From a virus (taxonomy: Duplodnaviria > Heunggongvirae > Uroviricota > Caudoviricetes): DNA of 27,592 bases. The notes below the pieces were generated by a model. That model saw nothing but the letters and a program-made list of their open reading frames with translations, did no database searches and had not been told where the DNA came from. Shown piece after piece: positions 8,269 through 18,346 of this stretch. The position numbers and the translations under genes were made by a program. The stretch's first letter is position 1; each line of letters begins with the position of its first letter. Location of the stretch: the IMG/VR virus record IMGVR_UViG_2522572164_000008. One strand, given 5' to 3'.

Positions 8269-10110
8269 ATGTTAGAACTTAACGTCAGCCGCTTATCAAA
8301 CGTTGTCACCTTCCAGGTTGATCGACCATCATTAGAGAAAGCAAAAGCAGAAGTAGAAAAACTTCGTAAACAAATGGCGGCGGTGAAAGATATAGAATTG
8401 CGTGTTAAGACACATAAACAATCAACTTCTAAAGCAAAAAAAGACGTAGACGATATTGCTAAAAAGCAAGCACAGGCAGATAAAGCCAATGCTAAAGCAC
8501 AATTAGCCGCTCAACGTGTAGTTGCAAGAGAACAAAAAGCCCTGGCAGCACGCAAAGAGAAGGCAGACTTAAAACTGTTAGACGTTGGATCAAGCATTAG
8601 TGCATTGCACCGCCTTTCTGTAGCGGAACAATATAAAGCTATTGCACAGGCTAGAGAAATTGCCCTCCAATATGAAAGAGGAGCTATTAGTCTGGCACGT
8701 ATGAATAGCCAAATGAAACGCCTACAACAGCAACAACGTAAGATTAATGGCAATCGTAACGCTCACGCTAAAGCCTATGCACCTGTTAAGGGTAGCGGGA
8801 GTATTGGCGGCGGTGCTGCGGCTGTTATGCTGGGTGGCTTAGGCGCTGGCGCTACGTATATGGCTATGAGCAAAGCCTCTGAATTTGTTACTAACAGCTT
8901 TGCGAATGCTGAAACGCTGGGTGAATTGTATAGCCGTGCGAAGCTGGGCGGTGTAGACGTTAACCAGATGAACAATATTGAGCAATGGGCCTACAAAAAC
9001 GGCGTTGATTCAATGATGGGGGATCAAGGTAAACGTAAGTATCTCGATCAGATGAAAGATGTGCGTGAGCGTGCAACCAAAAGCTATGATGAGGCTGAAT
9101 ATGTAGTCGATAAAAAAACAGGCAAAGGTGAATGGAAGGGCGGCGATAGCGGCATCAATACTTTAATGAATGAAGGATTCTTAACTAAAAAGGATCTAAA
9201 AGACTTTGCTGATAATCCGGCTGGTCTGGTTAGTAAAGCAGTTCAGGGAATGGTGAAGAAAGGCTATTCAGATGCACAAATCGGTAGTCGTCTGGAAGAT
9301 CTGGCTGATGATTTGATGCTCACCTCTAAATACTGGACACGCTCCGCTAAAGAAGTGGAACAATCAGCACGAGAACAACGAGAATCAGGGCGCTGGGTAA
9401 CACAGGCACAACAGGAAAGCGTTATTAAATTCCGTGAACTGAATAATGCACTTAGTGGGCTTTCTGACTCACAAGGGATCGCCTTTGTTGATGGCTTTAT
9501 GAAATCTCTTGATCCGAAAGTGATTGAAGAGTTTAAAAAGAGCATGGTTGCAATGCTGCCAATGTTTACCAAATTAGGCGAGGCTATCGGCGGATTGGTT
9601 AACGCCGTAATGAAAACAATCAACTGGCTGATGAAAAACGACGAGAAGACGGAAGCTATTCAGAAGAATTTAGGGGATGCACCGCCACTATCTAACGAAG
9701 GAATGAAGCAGAATCTTTCTAATCTCACTCCTGATCAATATAAAGGCGCTGGCACCGGAACAACTAAGCCAGATAACAGCAATTCCCTGGTTAACACTAT
9801 TAAAAGCTGGTTTATGCCAGAAGAAACGGTAGGTGGGGCGCAGGCTGTAAATCAATACAGTCTCGAAGGACAAAACATTGCAAATCTGAAACAGAGTGCA
9901 GCACAACAAGCTTTCAAGGCTCCTTCTTACACCTTTGCACCTGTTATTAACTTCAATCCAGAATTACAAGTAAATGCAGAAGTGCCGCTAACTATCGAAT
10001 CAGACACCGGACGATTGAGCGAATTTATCGACTTCAAATCAAAGGCATCCTCCGCTGAGTTTAGCAAGCTATTAACGCTGGGTGTTATGTCAGGCGGGTC
10101 AACCTATTAA
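8269..10110 (+). CDS. Large protein (613 aa) with Lys/Ala/Gln-rich N-terminal predicted coiled coil, a Gly/Ala-rich hydrophobic segment and a roughly 400-aa C-terminal domain
   Basis: RBS CAGGGAAACA; residues about 20-160 are K/A/Q/E-rich heptad-like; about 170-200 reads GSGSIGGGAAAVMLGGLGAGATYMAM. Confidence 0.7.
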   Translation: MLELNVSRLSNVVTFQVDRPSLEKAKAEVEKLRKQMAAVKDIELRVKTHKQSTSKAKKDVDDIAKKQAQADKANAKAQLAAQRVVAREQKALAARKEKADLKLLDVGSSISALHRLSVAEQYKAIAQAREIALQYERGAISLARMNSQMKRLQQQQRKINGNRNAHAKAYAPVKGSGSIGGGAAAVMLGGLGAGATYMAMSKASEFVTNSFANAETLGELYSRAKLGGVDVNQMNNIEQWAYKNGVDSMMGDQGKRKYLDQMKDVRERATKSYDEAEYVVDKKTGKGEWKGGDSGINTLMNEGFLTKKDLKDFADNPAGLVSKAVQGMVKKGYSDAQIGSRLEDLADDLMLTSKYWTRSAKEVEQSAREQRESGRWVTQAQQESVIKFRELNNALSGLSDSQGIAFVDGFMKSLDPKVIEEFKKSMVAMLPMFTKLGEAIGGLVNAVMKTINWLMKNDEKTEAIQKNLGDAPPLSNEGMKQNLSNLTPDQYKGAGTGTTKPDNSNSLVNTIKSWFMPEETVGGAQAVNQYSLEGQNIANLKQSAAQQAFKAPSYTFAPVINFNPELQVNAEVPLTIESDTGRLSEFIDFKSKASSAEFSKLLTLGVMSGGSTY

Positions 10111-10157
10111 TCATCACTGTGGGGCTGTTTAGCCCCCTTAAATAAGGATTACAAATT

Positions 10158-10835
10158 ATGGCAATGGGTCCGTTAACCATTGGTCGCCCGACTGAGGCGA
10201 AAATCAACAGCACAAGCAACGATAGCAACGGTAGAACAACCAAAGGGGGTAACGGCTTTGCGATCATTACCTCTAATCTCGGCAGTGGTGCAAATGCTGC
10301 TTACAATGACTACCAGGCATTATCATTTGATAGCGTGGAATCGACGAAAGTTAGCAGAAATGCGGACGTTACAAGCTATGCCGTCGAATCAGGATCAGAA
10401 GTTAGTGATCATGTTCAAATACGGAATAACAAGTTCACATTACAAGGGCGTATCTCTGAAACCGTATTGAAGCTCAATCCTGATATGATTAAGAATGCTG
10501 GAATTAACGGCAATCGACGTATGCTTATGCTTGAATACCTAAATCAGTTGATGGACAGTCGCCAACCTTTCCTACTTGTCACTGAGTTAAAAAATTATGA
10601 CAACGTTGTGTTAGTTGGCATGTCTTACGAAGAAGAAGCAAGCGAAAGCCTATTGTTTACTCTTGATTTTGAGCAAATCCGTCTTGTCTCTAAAGCAACT
10701 ACAAGCGCAATTGCGGTAAAAACAGCACCAAATAAATCTGTAGGAGGCCAGGTTAAAATGCAGGTAAATACAACAGAACAGAAAAATCAAAAAAGCCCAG
10801 GGCAAGACGTTGTAACGCCAGTATTTAAACAATAG
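10158..10835 (+). CDS. Hypothetical protein (225 aa)
   Basis: RBS TAAGGATTACAAATT-ATG; last gene of the same-strand array. Confidence 0.6.
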   Translation: MAMGPLTIGRPTEAKINSTSNDSNGRTTKGGNGFAIITSNLGSGANAAYNDYQALSFDSVESTKVSRNADVTSYAVESGSEVSDHVQIRNNKFTLQGRISETVLKLNPDMIKNAGINGNRRMLMLEYLNQLMDSRQPFLLVTELKNYDNVVLVGMSYEEEASESLLFTLDFEQIRLVSKATTSAIAVKTAPNKSVGGQVKMQVNTTEQKNQKSPGQDVVTPVFKQ

Positions 10836-10876
10836 CCTTAAACGCCTATGAAACGCTCTGTAACGAGATAATCATA

Positions 10877-10908
10877 AAAGAGGCATCAGTCTATATTGAA
10901 GCCTCTTT
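10877..10908. terminator. Putative bidirectional terminator between convergent genes
   Basis: AAAGAGGC ... GCCTCTTT 8-bp inverted repeat followed by T-rich sequence, between the 225-aa gene stop and the integrase stop. The loop is long (16 nt). Confidence 0.4.
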
Positions 10909-10915
10909 ATTACGT

Positions 10916-11820
10916 CTATAGCGTTGTTTTACGCCTTAAATTTGATTTTTTATTGATTGATAAGCCTTTCTCTATTTCAGGGTAGCGTAAAAGCTCAATA
11001 TATTTTTTAAGCTCTATTGGAGAAGCTGCATTTTTGCTATATGTGCGGAATGTTTCTGTATTGCCGCGTGTATGGCCCAGGAGAAGGGCGATCCTGTCTT
11101 CTGGAATTTGATTTCGATCAAGAAGCTGTGCTACTCCGTGTCTCAGAGAATGAAACACTTTCCTTTCTGTTCCCTTTTCCCCTAAAGCCTTTCGTTTAGC
11201 TCTTGTAAATCGTTGTGTATGCCACGTAGAGCGTTTACCGTCAGCACGTTCTGTAATGCTGGCGTGATAGAACAAAAAGCCATTGTGAGGCTTTTCACGC
11301 AGCGACAACACCAACGGAGTGATAAGGTTATGCACAGGCACAACACGTGCCGCAGCTTTCGTCTTTCCCTGTGTGATTTCAAAACACAGCACACCTTCGA
11401 TCTCTTTCACATCGTCTATTGTGAGACTTGCTATCTCATTGATCCGCATACCTGTATATAAACCGATAAGACACAAAGCCGTCATTTCTTTGTTTTCTGC
11501 TGAATTACCGGAAAATACTTGCAACACCTGCAATAGCTCTTTGTTAGAAAATGCCTCGTAGCTCTCTCTACTTTGTGCCACATCAAGCCTATGCCCTCGC
11601 CAGGGGGAGAGCGCCCTTTCTGGCGCATCGTGGTAACGTGATGAAGCTAATTCCCATAGCTGGGCCATTGGACTGATATAATTTGCAATTGATTGTTGTG
11701 AAAGAGTTTTTTGCATGTGTTCAATCCAGCCTGTAACAGTGGTGCGGCTTACATCTTGCAATGCAATATCAGGCTTTTTACGGTAGGAGAGAAACATCTC
11801 TACCGCTTTTCTTGCCTTAG
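10916..11820 (-). pseudogene. Tyrosine integrase, C-terminal catalytic fragment (separated from its N-terminus by IS5)
   Basis: Contains H-x-x-R (FHSLRHG), LLGH and a C-terminal Tyr (RTYSK) typical of tyrosine recombinases. The first 23 codons of the ORF-track protein are read from inside IS5. Confidence 0.8.
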
Positions 11821-13015
<1,195 letters not shown>

Positions 13016-13479
13016 TTAGCTAAAGTGGCTGGCTTCTTCTTCGTGCTGTTAATTGTCAGGTAGATTTCAAGAATTTTAAGCAATGACGGACACGAAGACG
13101 CTGTATCTTGCACTCTGGTAGCTGTTTTGGCGTATTTAGCCTTACTGCGTAACAGTTCCAGCGTGTTTTCTATTGTGCTGTTTACAGGGGCAACACTCTC
13201 CCGTAAGCAATGGTATTCATCTGCAATCTGATCACGCTTTCTACGTGCAACACGAAGATTACTTGTGTGTAGACTTCTGACAAACGTCCTTTTTCCTTCA
13301 AAAAAGGGCTGCATATACACAGGCAGCGTGATCCTTAAATAGTAGTTACCGTAAGAATCACAGATTAAGTATTGGTTAGGCTTGTATCTCATAAAATCTC
13401 CGGCTAAAGTGTCGGAGCGTTTGTAATGTGAAAATTGATTGTGACGCATAGAAAATGATGATTTTTCTATAAGATTCAA
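13016..13479 (-). pseudogene. Tyrosine integrase, N-terminal fragment (continues at 11820-10916 across IS5)
   Basis: N-terminal integrase-like segment (YYLRITLP...GKRTFVRSL). The ORF-track protein then reads through into IS5 (about 36 aa of IS-derived sequence). Frame arithmetic shows the two fragments are in frame once IS5 and one TTAG copy are removed. Confidence 0.8.
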
Positions 13480-13644
13480 TCAATTAGTAATGGTCGTAGG
13501 TGATGGCATTAACACGAGATTAATCGAGTGTTTTACTCCTATTATCGGCACCATTCTAATGTCTCCCCAAGTCTACTCAAGTATTTAAAAACCTCTTATA
13601 ATCCGCATGTTAGCGCCCCTTTTAGTCTTTTGACGTCTACTTAA

Positions 13645-13717
13645 GTACCCCAAAATCTACAGTCAATTGGGGGTACTTTTGGGGGTATTTGCTGTTCAGT
13701 TTAGTGGAGGTACCCCC
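13645..13717. promoter_or_regulatory. GGGGGTA(C/T)/TACCCC(C) repeat cluster in the inter-integrase region
   Basis: Four copies in rev-fwd-fwd-rev orientation (13645-13651, 13669-13676, 13681-13688, 13709-13717), immediately upstream of and overlapping the integrase RBS. Confidence 0.4.
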
Positions 13718-13719
13718 AA

Positions 13720-14934
13720 GTGAAACTCAATGCCCGTCAAATAGACACTGCCAAGCCAAAAGAGAAGGCTTACAAGCTGGCTGATGGTGGTGGTCTGTAT
13801 CTCTTGGTAAAACCTAGTGGAGGAAAATATTGGCGCTTCAAGTATCGTGTAGCTGGTAAAGAGAAGCTGTTAGCACTAGGTGTGTATCCTGAAGTTACTT
13901 TGGCTGATGCTCGTGCAAAACGTGAAGAAGCTAAAAGGGGTATCGCTGGGGGTATCGATCCGATGGAAGCGAAACGAGAGGAAAAGATTGCCCGGGAAAC
14001 GCAGTTAAACAACACCTTCAAAGATATTGCCCTTGAGTGGCACAGCAGCAAATTAAAAAAATGGTCTGCTGGTTATGCTTCAGACATCCTCGAAGCCTTC
14101 AACAAAGATGTGTTCCCTTACATTGGCAAAAAACCAATCGCCGAAATCAAACCACTTGAACTGCTGAATGTGCTGCGGCGCATCGAGGGGCGCGGTGCTA
14201 CCGAAAAAGCCAAAAAAGTGAGGCAGCGATGCGGGGAAGTTTTCCGCTATGCAATTGTCACTGGACGTGCTGAGTATAACCCTGCACCGGATCTCACCAG
14301 CGCGATGCAAGGTCATGAATCTAATCATTATCCTTTCCTCACAGCCAAAGAATTACCTGATTTTTTCAAGGCATTGTCCAGTTACTCAGGAAGTGCATTG
14401 GTTGTTATGGCGGCTCGTCTACTGATTATCACCGGTTTGCGGACTGGCGAACTGCGCGGTGCATTATGGGATGAAATCGATCTCAACAAGGCTATCTGGG
14501 AGATACCTGCTTCACGGATGAAAATGCGTCGCCCTCATGTGGTGCCTTTGTCTAAGCAGGCTCTTTCGCTTATTGGGCAGATTAAAGAATTAACTGGCAA
14601 TTATCCGCTTATGTTTCCCGGCCGTAATGATCCAAGGAAAACAATGAGCGAGGCTAGCATAAACCAAGTATTTAAACGCATCGGCTATAACGGAAAGGTT
14701 ACTGGTCATGGATTCCGGCACACCATGAGCACCATTTTGCATGAGCAGGGCTATAACACCGCGTGGATAGAGACGCAGCTCGCACACGTCGATAAAAACT
14801 CAATTCGTGGCACATACAACCATGCGCAATATCTGGATGGACGGCGGGAAATGCTTCAGTGGTACGCCGATTATATGGATTCGCTCGAGCATGGCGGAAA
14901 TGTGGTGCATGGTGAGTTCGGAAAATGCGGGTGA
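13720..14934 (+). CDS. Tyrosine integrase, P4/CP4-57-like family (404 aa)
   Basis: GTG start with GGAGG 9 nt upstream; N-terminus ARQIDTAKPKEKAYKLADGGGLYLLVKPSGGKYWRFKYR typical of P4-type integrases; catalytic R...HGFRHT...Y region near the C-terminus. Confidence 0.9.
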   Translation: MKLNARQIDTAKPKEKAYKLADGGGLYLLVKPSGGKYWRFKYRVAGKEKLLALGVYPEVTLADARAKREEAKRGIAGGIDPMEAKREEKIARETQLNNTFKDIALEWHSSKLKKWSAGYASDILEAFNKDVFPYIGKKPIAEIKPLELLNVLRRIEGRGATEKAKKVRQRCGEVFRYAIVTGRAEYNPAPDLTSAMQGHESNHYPFLTAKELPDFFKALSSYSGSALVVMAARLLIITGLRTGELRGALWDEIDLNKAIWEIPASRMKMRRPHVVPLSKQALSLIGQIKELTGNYPLMFPGRNDPRKTMSEASINQVFKRIGYNGKVTGHGFRHTMSTILHEQGYNTAWIETQLAHVDKNSIRGTYNHAQYLDGRREMLQWYADYMDSLEHGGNVVHGEFGKCG

Positions 14935-15062
14935 CTGGTTGAGTATACAGTAGTAGACTTTGAGCGACGAAAGAAAAGGCTGTGTCTAGGGGCGCTCCCG
15001 AAAATCCGTACATCTCGACGGACTGGTACAGCCACTACAGTAGAGGACGCTGAGGTGTGCGT

Positions 15063-15860
15063 ATGATTGATATTCATGCCGAATTAAACGAATACAAAAA
15101 AGATTTTATTTCTTTACGTGAATTTCTTGAGGTCGTGCTTAAGGTCGCTGGTGATGATTATGATGTTTCAGATGTCATAACTTGGATACTCAGGAGAATA
15201 AGCGGAGAACATATCCGCCTGTACACAGTAAATGAATTTAAGCTGTTGGAATCTTTTTGTAACCCGTATCGGGATGAATTTGATTATGATGTTCTTTATA
15301 GAAATCTGAATGCGGTTCGGAAACGTGGTTGTTTACCTGGTGAGAGGGATGAAAATGGTTTTCTGGTGTCCGGTTATTGGGAAGATCCCGAATTTGAGAA
15401 CATTGGATTTATAAGGGGTGAAATTTTCGCAATTTTTCCCGATGTCCTTGACGCGTTAACGAAGCTGGAAGGCGCTAACTCTTCTGAAAATGACGAGGCA
15501 CAAGGACGCGATATTGAAAAGAAAGAGTTGCGTACAGAGGATGATTTATTATCCCAAATCGCAATGCTGGAAAAAGAAAACGCAGAGTTAAGGGCAAGGA
15601 TAGAGCAGTTAGAGCAAGAGCGCCCGATACACTTATATAAATACTGGGATAAAGACCCATTAGCTAAGGCTATTGAGATTAGAAACAGAGAGTGGGCCAA
15701 TTACGATCCAGAAAATGATTTTGCCACTAGGGGAAATCAAGAAGCGATAACCAGGGAGCTTAAGCAGTGGGGGGCAAGTAATGCTCTTGCAACGCTCATA
15801 GAGAGGACTGCCTGCCCTATTAACCGAGACAACAGCCAAAAGAACGCAAAGCCGGATTAA
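15063..15860 (+). CDS. Hypothetical protein with predicted coiled-coil segment (about 265 aa)
   Basis: ATG at 15063 with GAGGTG 6 nt upstream; coiled-coil-like EDDLLSQIAMLEKENAELRARIEQLEQE. Sits between int and alpA. Confidence 0.6.
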   Translation: MIDIHAELNEYKKDFISLREFLEVVLKVAGDDYDVSDVITWILRRISGEHIRLYTVNEFKLLESFCNPYRDEFDYDVLYRNLNAVRKRGCLPGERDENGFLVSGYWEDPEFENIGFIRGEIFAIFPDVLDALTKLEGANSSENDEAQGRDIEKKELRTEDDLLSQIAMLEKENAELRARIEQLEQERPIHLYKYWDKDPLAKAIEIRNREWANYDPENDFATRGNQEAITRELKQWGASNALATLIERTACPINRDNSQKNAKPD

Positions 15861-15875
15861 CGCACCATACCGCAT

Positions 15876-15985
15876 ACCCTGAGGGTGATTTACTGTTACC
15901 CTGAGGGTATTTTTTTATCTTCCCCGTCAATTTTACCATCACCCTTAGGGTTAATTTCCTTCCGGTAACCATTAGGCCTGAGGGT
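15876..15985. promoter_or_regulatory. Array of ACCCT-N-AGGGT palindromes upstream of alpA
   Basis: Perfect copies at 15876-15886 and 15898-15908, variant ACCCTTAGGGT at 15941-15951, partial at 15977-15985. Confidence 0.5.
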
Positions 15986-16054
15986 ATGAAAATATTCGTT
16001 ATTTCTGTGCCATGATTACCTCGTCAAATTGAGTAGACGTTATGAGGTAAATAT

Positions 16055-16252
16055 ATGTCAAATACGCTTATTCGTTTAACAGAAGTTCAGCGTAGAACTG
16101 GATATAGCAAGGCATGGATTTATCGCCTTATGGGGCAAGGTAAATTTCCTGCATCAGTTAAAATTGGCTCGCGAGCTATTGCTTTCGTTGAGAGTGAAAT
16201 TGACGAGTGGATTAATCAGCGTATTGCTGAATCACGCGGAACAGCTACCTGA
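16055..16252 (+). CDS. alpA: AlpA-family phage transcriptional regulator/excisionase-like HTH protein (65 aa)
   Basis: Sequence LIRLTEVQRRTGYSKAWIYRLMGQGKFPASVKIGSRAIAFVESEIDEWI matches the AlpA family pattern; RBS GAGGTAAATAT-ATG. Confidence 0.85.
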   Translation: MSNTLIRLTEVQRRTGYSKAWIYRLMGQGKFPASVKIGSRAIAFVESEIDEWINQRIAESRGTAT

Positions 16253-16330
16253 TTAAATGGCTACGGGGCCAGAAGCCCCCAGCTATCCACCAGCAAATAA
16301 AAGTAACTTAATTCGATAGCAGGAGTTTTT

Positions 16331-17131
16331 ATGAAACTGCGAAAAACGCCCGTACAGGGGCAGGGCTTCGTTCGGCCTGAAAACCAGAATCTGCAAAATT
16401 TCGGCGAAATTATCCCGGTTATTTCCGGCGTTATTGGCGGGCGTGAAACCAATATTGTTAGCGGCAGAGCGTTGCATAAGGCGTTAGGTGTAGGTCGCGT
16501 TTTCCGTTCGTGGATCAAGGGGCGCATTGAAGAATACGGCTTCACGGAAGGCGTGGATTATGAGGTTGTTGAATATTTGAGCCGACCCGATCCGGTGAGC
16601 GCAAAATCTCGCCAGCAAACAGCTCTTGAGTACATCATTACCGTGAACATGGCGAAAGAACTGGCGATGGTCGAACGCACCGAACAGGGGCGCGCCGTTC
16701 GTCAGTACTTCATCAAATGCGAGGAAGAGCTACACAAGGTTGCGCCTGTACGTTCCGCAGCGTTACGCCGGGAACTGAAAGCCCGTATCACAGTTGCCAG
16801 CTACTTTAAGCCAATGTGTGCCGCGCTGGAGGACTACCGGGCTGAACTGGGTAAAAACACTCTACAGCACCACTACACCACGGAAGCCAATATGCTGGCG
16901 CGTATCGTGCTGGGTGGCATGACTGCAAAACAGTGGGCGCAGGTGAACGGCATCACAGGCGAACCACGCGACCACATGAGCACGTTGCAGCTTGAGCACC
17001 TTTCTTACCTTGAGCAGAGCAATATCACGCTGATTGAGTTAGGCCAGGACTACCACCAGCGGAAGGCTGAATTAATTCGTCTTTCGCAGCGTTGGTTAGC
17101 CCGTCGCATGGAGGAAAACAGCCATGTGTAA
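16331..17131 (+). CDS. Phage antirepressor-like protein (266 aa)
   Basis: RBS AGGAG; N-terminal region resembles prophage antirepressor proteins as recalled. Family assignment tentative. Confidence 0.6.
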   Translation: MKLRKTPVQGQGFVRPENQNLQNFGEIIPVISGVIGGRETNIVSGRALHKALGVGRVFRSWIKGRIEEYGFTEGVDYEVVEYLSRPDPVSAKSRQQTALEYIITVNMAKELAMVERTEQGRAVRQYFIKCEEELHKVAPVRSAALRRELKARITVASYFKPMCAALEDYRAELGKNTLQHHYTTEANMLARIVLGGMTAKQWAQVNGITGEPRDHMSTLQLEHLSYLEQSNITLIELGQDYHQRKAELIRLSQRWLARRMEENSHV

Positions 17132-17590
17132 CGCTCTGACCGTTACAAAAAGAGAAAGCGCCCCGTTGCCGGAGCGCCTTTGTGAACGAATAGCCTACTG
17201 CGCCATATTGCTTACTGTCTACGAGGCAGATTATAGCGTTGTGGTCGCACAGAGTGAAGGCGCTGATCACCGTTACTACAGCACGCCAGAAATGCAGAAT
17301 ATTTTGCTGCAAAATGCCGTTGGCCACGCTGTCCGGAAAGCAAAAAATTTTGCTGGTGGCGCGACTGATGCGATTTTGTCAGGTCGCCAGGTGCTGATCA
17401 ATCTGATGTCTGATTTCGTTCTGGATAAAACAAAGGCGACCGCAGAGAGCCGCCAGTGGAAAAGCTACATACTTGAACGCATCACCAACAATGCCACATT
17501 TGCGGCTGGTGGGCAATGTGTCAGCTTTGCACCAATGACTCTAGGTTTAACTGAGGGTCATTATGGTGAATATGCTGGCTTGCTGGTGGG
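17124..17590 (+). other. Coding-like 5' part of a 1.57-kb stop-free frame; status unresolved, possibly a decayed or fused gene
   Basis: ATG at 17124 overlaps the upstream stop and has GGAGGA 9 nt upstream, but the frame has no stop until 18692 and runs antisense through a plausible minus-strand gene and a promoter region. The end coordinate is arbitrary. Confidence 0.3.
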
Positions 17591-17848
17591 CTATTCCTGC
17601 TCTTTAACATCGCCATGCCGCGATGTTTTCCAGGTATGCGACCCCATTTTTGTGCGCCTGTACTCTTTAAGGAATTTCTCAAGGATAAACGCACAGGGCG
17701 CGAATCTGTCTGACTCATGCTCGTACGCTATCTTTCTGCGCTGTCTTTTCCGTGCCGGTGATGGTGTATTGGTTGATTCTTTGTTGGTCATGGCGCTGCC
17801 CTGTAAAACGATGCACCGTAGTTCCTCACACCACGGCGCTGGTGATGG

Positions 17849-18154
17849 TTACTCCTGTTCTTTGGCCTTGCGCCGCTGGAGTTCTTCACGCGCGACGGTG
17901 ACGAGTTGCCCGATCTCCTCGGCTGCTTTGACACCGATTTTTTCCACCTGCGCCAGTGCATCGAGCGAAGAAACCAGGGGATTTTCTCCGCTTCCTTCTG
18001 CCTGGCGGCGGGCGATTTCACCGCGAACGGCTGTAATCACGAAAGCGGCTATTGTTTCCCCTTCCGTTTTCGAATTTTCCATTTCCTCGATTACATCATG
18101 GGGGAAGCGGATATTTTTCATTTGCGATCTGCTGTTGATGTTTCCTGTTGCCAT
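17849..18154 (-). CDS. Putative ribbon-helix-helix-type regulator with C-terminal coiled coil (101 aa)
   Basis: MKNIRFPHDVIEEMEN strand-helix pattern; divergent from the downstream plus-strand operon across a palindrome-rich region. No clear SD. Confidence 0.6.
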   Translation of the reverse strand: MATGNINSRSQMKNIRFPHDVIEEMENSKTEGETIAAFVITAVRGEIARRQAEGSGENPLVSSLDALAQVEKIGVKAAEEIGQLVTVAREELQRRKAKEQE

Positions 18155-18176
18155 CAGAATGTCCGGTTATTTTGAG

Positions 18177-18279
18177 GTGTGTACACATTACACCAAAAGG
18201 TGTGTTGATAAAACACTTGACACTGTAGCACACTTAAATCTAATCTGTATATACACTAATGATTGTGGTGTATATACAG
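18177..18279. promoter_or_regulatory. Divergent promoter/operator region with three palindromes
   Basis: Perfect 12-bp inverted repeat CTGTATATACAC (18245-18256) / GTGTATATACAG (18268-18279) with 11-bp spacer; TGTGTACACA (18177-18186); ACACCAAAAGGTGT (18190-18203); TTGACA at 18217-18222 with a TAATCT -10 candidate 18 bp downstream. Confidence 0.55.
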
Positions 18280-18346
18280 CAACGCCCCGCAGTGGTGGCA
18301 CACATGCAGGGCGTCTAACCAAACCGTTAAACGAGGTAACGATTAT

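Noticed and set aside
6573-10267. Minus-strand ORFs overlapping the 6456-10835 gene array (6573-6872, 6866-7048, 7327-7521, 8139-8489, 8511-8753, 8775-8975, 9264-9623, 9688-9909, 10085-10267)
   Set aside because: All lie antisense within plus-strand genes that have RBSs and operon-like spacing; low-complexity translations.
2945-10835. Integrated filamentous (inovirus-like) or microvirus/corticovirus-like prophage
   Set aside because: No P-loop assembly or packaging ATPase, no rolling-circle Rep motifs, and gene sizes do not fit the expected layouts. The coiled-coil plus Gly-rich protein alone is insufficient.
13480-13719. tRNA or tmRNA attachment site beside the P4-like integrase
   Set aside because: No T-loop-like GTTCGAATC/GTTCAAATC box or acceptor-stem pairing seen here or elsewhere in the window; cannot be fully excluded without a covariance scan.
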